NCBI RefSeq assembly: GCF_009914755.1 | Contig: NC_060941.1 | Length of the DNA stretch: 64,000 bases | Strand: one strand, 5' to 3' | Origin: the human T2T-CHM13v2.0 reference genome, Homo sapiens | Part shown: piece by piece, positions 55,925 through 64,000 of the stretch | Position numbering within the stretch: position 1 is the first letter of the stretch | Layout: the number at the start of each line of letters is the position of its first letter | Position numbers and translations under genes: made by a program | The notes under the pieces: generated by a model | Database searches by the model: none | The model's input: only the letters and a program-made list of their open reading frames with translations | What the model was told of the DNA's origin: nothing

Positions 55925-58900
55925 GGAGGAGAAGGTGAAGCATGATGGCCAAATAGAAAGCTTTACTGATCGCCACCCCACTCAAGGCCACCAAATTAAC
56001 AACTATCTACACAGAGAAAAAAACACCTTCATAAGAACTAAAAATAAGATGAGCACTCATAATACCAGGTTTTAATTTCATATTGCTGAAAGAGGCAGTG
56101 AAGAGATAGAAACAGTTCTGAATCACCAAAGCCCCCACTTCCACCATGCCCTGGAATTGAGATCTGGTGTGGAATGCATTTCTGGACTCTGGGGGAGGGA
56201 GATCAGTGCCATACTATTACAGCAGAAACGAAAACTGGACAATACTCAGCTGACACCCGCCCATGGAGGGATCTTTTAAACCAGCCCTATCCAAAGGGGG
56301 ATCACCTATCCCAGTGGTCAGAACTTGAGTGTCTGCAAACCTCACCATCCAGGGCTACGGCACTCTGTGTCTTCAAGTAAACTTGAAAGGCAATCTAAGC
56401 TATAAGGGCCGCAACTCTTAGGTGAGTCTTAGTGCTGACATGAAGCCTAGAGACAGTGGTTTGTGGGGCATGCGACATACTGAGACACTAGCTGGGGAAG
56501 CCAAGGCAGTTCAGGCATCACCCCTCCCTAACCCCAAGCTGCACAGCTCCGGTTTCAAAAGAGACCCGTTCTATCCACCTGAGGAGTGGAGAGGGAAGAA
56601 TGGGGAGGATGACTTTGTTTTGTATTTAGGATACAAGCTCAGCCACAGGAGGATAAGGCACTGGTCAGATTTATGAGGCCCTCATTCCAGGCTCTAGCTC
56701 CCAGATGACATTTCTAGGCACACCCTGGGCCAGAAGAGAACCCCATGCCTTGAAAGAAGGAACCCAGTTCTGCCAGGATACATAACTTGCTAACCACAGA
56801 GCCCTTGGGCTCTTTGAATACCCAGCAGCGATACCCAGGCACTACATCGAGGGTCTTGGGTGAGCCTCTGAGAAATGCTGGCTTCAGGTGAGACTCAGCA
56901 CATTACCAGCTGGGCACAACTCCTTCTGCTTGAGAAGAGCAGAGGGAAAAGTAAAGGGGACTTTGTCTTGCACCTTAGGTGCCAGCACAGCCACAGTGGG
57001 GTAGATCACCAAACAGGCTCTTGGGGTCCATGATTCCAGAACTAGACTCTTGGGCAGCATTTGTGGACCTACCCTGGGCCAGAAGGAAGCCCACTGCCCT
57101 GAAGCATGAGTCCCAGGCACGACAAGCTGACTTAAGAGACCCTGGGCCTTAAGGGAATATCAGTGGTAGTCTGGCAGTACTCCTTGCAGCCTGGGGTGTT
57201 GGTGGCTACAGGGTGAGGCTTCTCTGCTTTTGGAAATGGGAGAGAAGAACTGTGTCTTGTGGTTTGAGTGGCAGCTCAGCTGCAATACAGTAGAACACCA
57301 GGTAGAATTCTATAGTTTTTTACTCTAGTCCTTGACTCCCAGATGACACTTCTGTACCCATCTGGAGCTTGGGGGATTTTGCCACTCTGAAGAGAGTTAC
57401 ACGGGCCTGGCTGGCTTTGCCACCTAATAATTGTAGAGCCCCAGAGACTTGAGGAAACATAGGCAGTAGCCAGGGAGAGGTTACAGCAGGCCTTGGGCGA
57501 GACTCAGCTCTGTGCTTGCTCAGGTATGAACCAGTGCAGTCATAGTGGTGGTGGTCACAGGGTGCTTGTATCACTCCATACCCAGGTTTAGGTTGTTCAG
57601 AACAGAGAGAGAGACTGTATGCTTGGGAGAAAATAAGGGAAGGGAACAAGGGTCTCTGCCTGGTGATCCAGAGAATTGTCCTTGATCTTGTCCAAGACCA
57701 TCAAGGCAGTACGTCTATGAGTCTGTAAAAACCACAGTGTTACTGTGTTTGGGGTTCCCTCTAAAGCAGAAACAGCTTAGATCATTTACCCAAGTCCTTG
57801 GAAATATCTAGAAAGCCTTCTCAAGGAGAATGGCTATGAATAAGCCAAGTCAGTGGCTAACCTTTCAATGCCCAGGCACTGAAAAACATCTAGTACCGTC
57901 GACATCACCCAGGAAAACATGACCTCGCCAAAGAACTAAGTAAGGCACTAGGGACAAATCCTGAAGCAACAGAGGTATTTGACCTTTCATAGAGAGTGAA
58001 TTCAAAATAGCTGTGTTGAGGAAACTCAGTGAAATTTAAGGGAACAAAGAGAAGGAATTCAGCATTCTATCAGGTAAATTTAACAAAGACATTGAAATAG
58101 TAAAAAAGAATTAAGCAGAAATTCTAAAGTTGAAAAATGGAATTGACATACTGAAGAATGCATCAGAGTTCTTTAACAGATGAATTGGTCAAACAGAAGA
58201 ATTAGCAAGTTTGAAGACTGACTCTTTGAAAAGACACAGTGAAAGGAGACAAAAAAATAAAGAATAAAACAAATGAAACATGTCTGCAGGATCCAGAAAA
58301 TAGCCTCAAAAGGGCAAATCTAAGAGTTAATGTCCTTAAAGAAGTTGTAGAATAAGAGATAGGAGTAGAAGGTTTATTCAGAAAGATAGCAGCCAAGAAC
58401 TCCCCAAACCTAAGAAAAGATCAACAACTAAGTACAAGAAGGTTATAAACACCAAGCAGATTTAATCCAAAGACAGCTACCTCAAGGCATTTAATAATCA
58501 AACTTCCAAAGGTCAAGGATAAAGAAAGGCTTCTAAAAGCACCAAGAGAAAATAAAAACATAACATACAATGGAGATCCAATACATCTGGGGGCAGACAT
58601 TTCACTGGAAACCTTACAGGCCAGGGGAGAGTAACATGACATACTTAAAGTGCTGAAGGAAAAAAAAAGAGACAAAAACCTTATATTCTAGAATAGTCTG
58701 TTCAGCAAAAATATCCTTCAAGCATAAAAAGAAAATAAAAACTTTCTCAGAGAAGCAAAATCTGAGCGAGTTCACCAACACTAGACCCATTCTATAAAAA
58801 AATCCTAAAGGGAGTTCTTCCATCAGAAAGAAAAAGACATTAATGAGCAGCAAGAAATCATCTGATTATAGAAAAGTCACTGGTAATAGTAAGTCACAGA

Positions 58901-61900
58901 AAATCACAGAATATTATAACAATATGATTGTGGTGTGTATTAGTGCATTCTCATGCTGCTATGAAGGAATACTCAAGACTGAATAACTTATAAAGGAAAG
59001 AGGTTTAATTGACTCACAGTTCTGCATGGCTGGAAAAGGCCTCAGGAAACTTACAATCATGGCAGAAGGCAAAGGAGAAGAAAGACATCTTTACAATGTG
59101 GCAGGAAGGAGAAGTGCCAAAGGGAGAAAAGTCCTCGATAAGACCATCAAATCTCATGAGAAGTCACTCAATATCACGAGAACAGCATGTGAGTAAATGC
59201 TTCTATGATTCAATTACCTCCCACTGGGTCCCTCCTAGGACACATGGAGATTATGGGAACTACAGTTTAAGATGAGATTTGGGAGGGGCCACAGCCAAAC
59301 CATATCATGGTATTTAAACTACACTTAAGTACAAAGACTAAAAGATGAACCAATCAAAAATAATAAGTACAACAACTTTTCAAGACACAGACAGTACAAT
59401 AAAACATAAATAGAAACAACAAAAAGTTAAAAAGTGGTGGGACAATATTAAGGAATATTGTTTTTATTAGTTTTCCTTTTGCTTGTGTGTTTGTCTCTGC
59501 AAAAAGTGTTAAGTTGTTATCTGGTTAAAATAATGGGTTATAAGACAGTATTTGCAAGCCTCAGGGTAACCTCAAACCAAAAAAATCATATAATGGATGG
59601 AAAAAAAATTAAAAGGAAAAAGTTAAATTATATCACCAGAAAAAATACCTTCAATAGAGGAAGAAAGGAAAGAAAAAAAGACCATAAAACAACCACAAAA
59701 CAAATAACAAAAAGGCAGGAGTAATTCCTTACTTATCAGTAATAACATTGAAGGTAGATGAACTAAACTGTCCAACCAAAAGTCATAGACTCACCTAATG
59801 AATGAAAAAGCAAGACCCATTGATTTGTTGCATACAAGAAGCACACTTCACCTATAAAGACACATATAAACTGAAAATAAAAGGATGAAAGAAGATATTC
59901 CATGCTAATGGAAACCAAAAAATAGCAGGAATTGCTGTACTTATATCAGACAAAATAGTTTTGAAGACAAAAACTGTAAGGAGAGACAAAGGTCACTGTA
60001 TAATGATAAAGGGATCAATTCAACAAGAAGATCTAACAATTTTAAATATATATGCAACCAACACTGGAGGACCCAGAAATTTAAAATAAATATTATTAGA
60101 GCTAAAGAGAGGGACAGGGTCCAATTCAATAATAGCTGGTGACTTCAACACCCCACTTTCAGCAATGAACCAATCTTCCAGACAGAAAATTAACAAAGAA
60201 ACAACAGACTTAATTTGCGCTATAGAACAAATGAGTCTAATGGGTATTTACAGGACATTTTATCCAAGAGCTGAAGAATACAAATTCCAATCCTCAGTAC
60301 ATGATTAGTCTCAAGGATAGACCATATGTTAGGTCACAAAATATGTCTTAAAATATTCCAAAAATATTGAAATAATATCAAGCATCTTCTCTGACTACAA
60401 TTAAAACTAGAAATTAATAACAAGAGGAATTTTGGAAACTATACTAATACATGGAAATTAAACACTATCTTACTAAAAGACCATTGGGTCAAGACCTGAA
60501 GAAATTAAGAATGAAATTTAAAAATTTCTTGGAACAAATGGAAGCACAGCATACCAAACCTGTGGGATACAGCAAAAGCAGCACTAACAGGGAAGTTTAT
60601 AAGTGTAGGCTATAAGGGCCTACATCAAGAAAGAAGAAAAACTTCAAATGAACAATCTAATGATGCAGCTTAAAGAACTAGAAAAGCAAGAACAAATGAA
60701 ACCCAAAATTAGTAGAAGAAAGGAAAAATAAAGATCAGAGTAAATATAAATGAAATTGAAATGAAAAAAGCACAAAAGATAAATGAAATAAAAATTTGGC
60801 TTTTTTGAAAAGATAAAATTGACAAACCCCTAGCCAGAATAACAGAAAAAAAAGAGATGATCTAAATGAATAAAATCAGAAATGAAAAAGGATACATTAC
60901 AGCTGATACTGCAGAAAACCAAAGGATCATGAGTGGCTACTATGAACAACTATATGCCAATAAATTGGAAAATCTAGAATAAATGAACAAATTCCAAGAT
61001 ATATACAACGTACCAAGATCGTACCAGGAAGAAATCCAAAAACCTGAACAGACTGATAACAAGTAATGAGATCAAAGTGATTAAAAAAAGCCTCCCAGTA
61101 AAGAAAGGCCCAGGACATAATGGTTTCACTGCTGAATTCTACCCAATGTTTAAAGAACTAATATTAATCTTATTCAAACTATTCTGAAAAATAGACATGG
61201 AGGAAATACTTCACTTCCAAACATATTCTATGAGGCAAGTATTACCCTGATACCAAAACCAGACAAAGGCACATCAAAACAAAACAGAAACTACACGCCA
61301 ATATCTCTGATGAATATTGATGCAAAAATTTTCAACGAAATATCAACAAACCAAATTTAGTAATACATTAGAAAGATCACTCATCATGACCAAGTGGGCT
61401 TTACCCCTGGGATGCAACAATGGTTCAACACATGGAAATCAATCAATGTGATACAGCATAACAATTGGAAAAGGGAAAAATATAATAGGCATTCAAATTA
61501 GAAAAGAAAAGTCAAACTACCCTTGTTTGCGGATGATGAGATCTTATATTTGGAAAAGCCTAAAGTCTCCACAATAAAACTTTTGAAATTGATAAAAAAA
61601 TTCAGTAAAGTTGCAGAATACAAATCAACATACAAAAATCATAGCATTTATATATGCCAGCAGTTAACAATCTGAAAAATAAAGCAAGAAAATAACCCTA
61701 TTTATAATATCTACAAATAAAATAATGTATCTGGGAATTAACCAAAGAAGTAAAAGATCTCTATAATAAAAACTATAAAACACTGATAAAAGAAATTGAA
61801 GAGACACCCCAAAAATGAAAAAGTATTTCATGTTCATGTACTAGAAGCATTCATATTGATAAAACGTCCACACCACCCAAACAAATCTACAGATTCAAAG

Positions 61901-63541
61901 CAACCTCTATCAAAATACCAATGATATTCTTCACAGAAATAGAAAAAACAATTCTAAAATTGATACGGAACTACAAAAGACCCAGAATAGCCAAAGCTGT
62001 ACTAAGCAAAATAACAAAACTGGAGGATTCGTTTTACCTGACTTCAAATTATACTACAGAGCTATTGTAACCAAAACATTATGCAAGCAAAAAAAAAAAA
62101 AAAGACACACAGACAAATGAAACAGAATAGAGAACCTAGAAACAAATCCATACACCCACAGTAAATTCGTTTTTGACAAAATGCCAAGAACATACACTGG
62201 GGAAAAGACAGTCTCTTCAATAGATAGTGCTGGGGAAACTGGATGTACATGCAGAAGAATGAAACTGGACCCCTATCTCTCATCATATACAAAAATCAAA
62301 TAAAAATTGATTAAAGTCATAAATCTAAGAGCTCTAACTATGAAACTACTACAAGAAACCATTCAGACAACATCTTCAGGACATTGGTCTGGGCAAAGAT
62401 TTCTTGAGCAATAATCCACAAGCACAGGCAACCAAAGCTAACATGGACAAATGGGATCACATCAAATTAAAAAAGAATGGGCATATAGCTGTTTTTAACT
62501 TCGAGTTAAAAAGCTTCTGCATACTGGGATACAATCAAAAGTGAAGAGCCCACAGAATGGGAGAAAATATTTGCAAGCTACCCATCTGACAAAGGATTAA
62601 TAATCACAATATATAAAGAGTTCAGACAACTCTATAGGAAAAAAATGTAATAATCCATTCCAAAAATTGGCAAATTATTTCAATAGACATTTCTCAAAAG
62701 AAGACATACAAATGGCAAACAGGCATATGAAAATGTGCTCAACATGATTGATCATCAGAGAGGTGTAAATAAAAACTACAATGAGATATCATCTCATCCC
62801 AGTTGAAATGTCTTATATCCAAAAGATAGGCTATCACAAATGCTGGTGAGGATGTGCAGAAGGGAACTCCTTGTACATTGTTGGTAGGAATGTAAATTAG
62901 TACAACCAGTATGGTGAACAACTTGGAGGTTCCTTAAAAACCTAAAAATTGAGGTACCTTATGATATAGCAATCCCACTTCTGGCTATATACCTAATGGA
63001 AAGGAAATCAATATATCAAAAAGATATTTGCACTCCTATGTTTGTTGCAGCACTGTTTACAATAGCCACGATTTGGAAGCAGCCTAAGTGTCCATCAACA
63101 GATGAATAAATACAGAAGACGTGGTACGTATATACATTTCTATTCAGACACAGAAAAGAATGAAATCCAGTCATTTGCAACAACGTGGATGGAAATGGAG
63201 ATCATTATCTTAAGTGAAGTAAGCCAGGCACAGAAAGATGAGCATCACATGTTGTCAGTTGTTTTTGGGATCTAAAAATCAAAACAATTGAACTCATTAA
63301 CATAGGGAGTAGAAGGATTGTTACCAGAGGTTGGCAAGGGTAGTGGGGTGCTGACGTGGAGGTGAGTATGCTTACTGGGTCCCAAAAAGTAGAAAGAATG
63401 AGTAAGACCTACTATTTGATAGCACAATAGGTGACTATAGTCAATAAGAACTTAATTGTACGTTTTAAGATAACAAAAAAGAGTATAATTGGATTGTTTG
63501 TAACTGAAAGGATAAATGCTTCAAAGGAAAACAACAACAAA
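55925..63541 (+). mobile_element. Full-length, inactive L1MA2-like LINE-1
   Basis: 5'UTR start (gatggccaaatagaa), decayed ORF1 about 57.9-58.9 kb, ORF2 from about 59.7 kb, L1MA1/2-type 3'UTR, A-rich tail; 12-bp TSD AAATTATCTATG at 55913-55924 and 63542-63553; no long ORF remains. Confidence 0.9.
58936..59307 (-). mobile_element. THE1C-like solo LTR nested in the L1 inter-ORF region
   Basis: tgtattagtgcattctcatgctgct...cagccaaaccatatca; TSD TGGTG/TGGTA. Confidence 0.88.
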
Positions 63542-63828
63542 AAATTATCTATGAAAATATCGTTTCTAGATGTATTTAATAAGATACAGGTTTTGAAAAT
63601 GCAAACATTGGCAGCAACACCCAAGGTATATCTGGGATATCTCTGGATGTTTGTATGTACAGAGAAAAAGGAGTCCTAACAGATATAAAGTAATTTTAGG
63701 AAAAAAGAAAATAAAACCTTATCAATCAAAGGGAATATAACCTTACCTTACTGGACTGCTATTGTAATAAACAACTGTGTCGAATGACAGTCTGGAAATT
63801 TCTGTTGATCAAGACAACATAGTAGTTT

Positions 63829-64000
63829 AGGGTCAGCAAACTATGATCTGTAGAACAAATCCTACCTACCATCTATTTTAGTAAAGTTTCATTGGAAGCT
63901 AATTATGCCCATTCTTTTATATTTTGTCTATGGCTATCTTTCGGCTACAAAAGCATAGTCAAGTAGCCGCAGCAGAGATTGTATTGAACATAAAACCAAA
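63829..64000 (+). mobile_element. MER58A (hAT-Charlie), cut by the window edge
   Basis: agggtcagcaaactatg...aaagtttcattggaa...ttgtctatggct. Confidence 0.75.

Noticed and set aside
55925-63541. Active LINE-1
   Set aside because: No long plus-strand ORF remains, it has many stops and frameshifts, and it carries a nested THE1

Overview
AT-rich, repeat-dominated primate (human-like) genomic DNA with no recognisable protein-coding exon, structural RNA gene or CpG island. It looks like intergenic or deep intronic sequence. Most of the window is layered transposable elements: old L1M fragments, L1PA/PB/MA pieces (three with 5' inversions), a full-length but decayed ~7.6 kb L1MA2-like element with target-site duplication (TSD), Alus, ERV1/ERVK/ERVL/MaLR LTRs (MER4A, MER50, two MER41A, LTR14B, MER61A, MLT1/2, MSTB, THE1C), DNA transposons (MADE1, MER20, MER6A, MER58A) and microsatellites. 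The ORF track is explained by L1/Alu remnants, simple repeats or chance. I found no evidence of a new biological system. The most interesting observations are mechanistic: a solo MER41A LTR whose TSD-defined end includes a PBS-like site and a splice donor, a poly(A)-less L1 fragment that appears internally primed and shares its target site with an Alu, an AluY with an internal 51-bp duplication, and orphan AATAAA+poly(A) signatures. Subfamily names come from recalled consensus sequences, not from a search, and boundaries of old elements are approximate.
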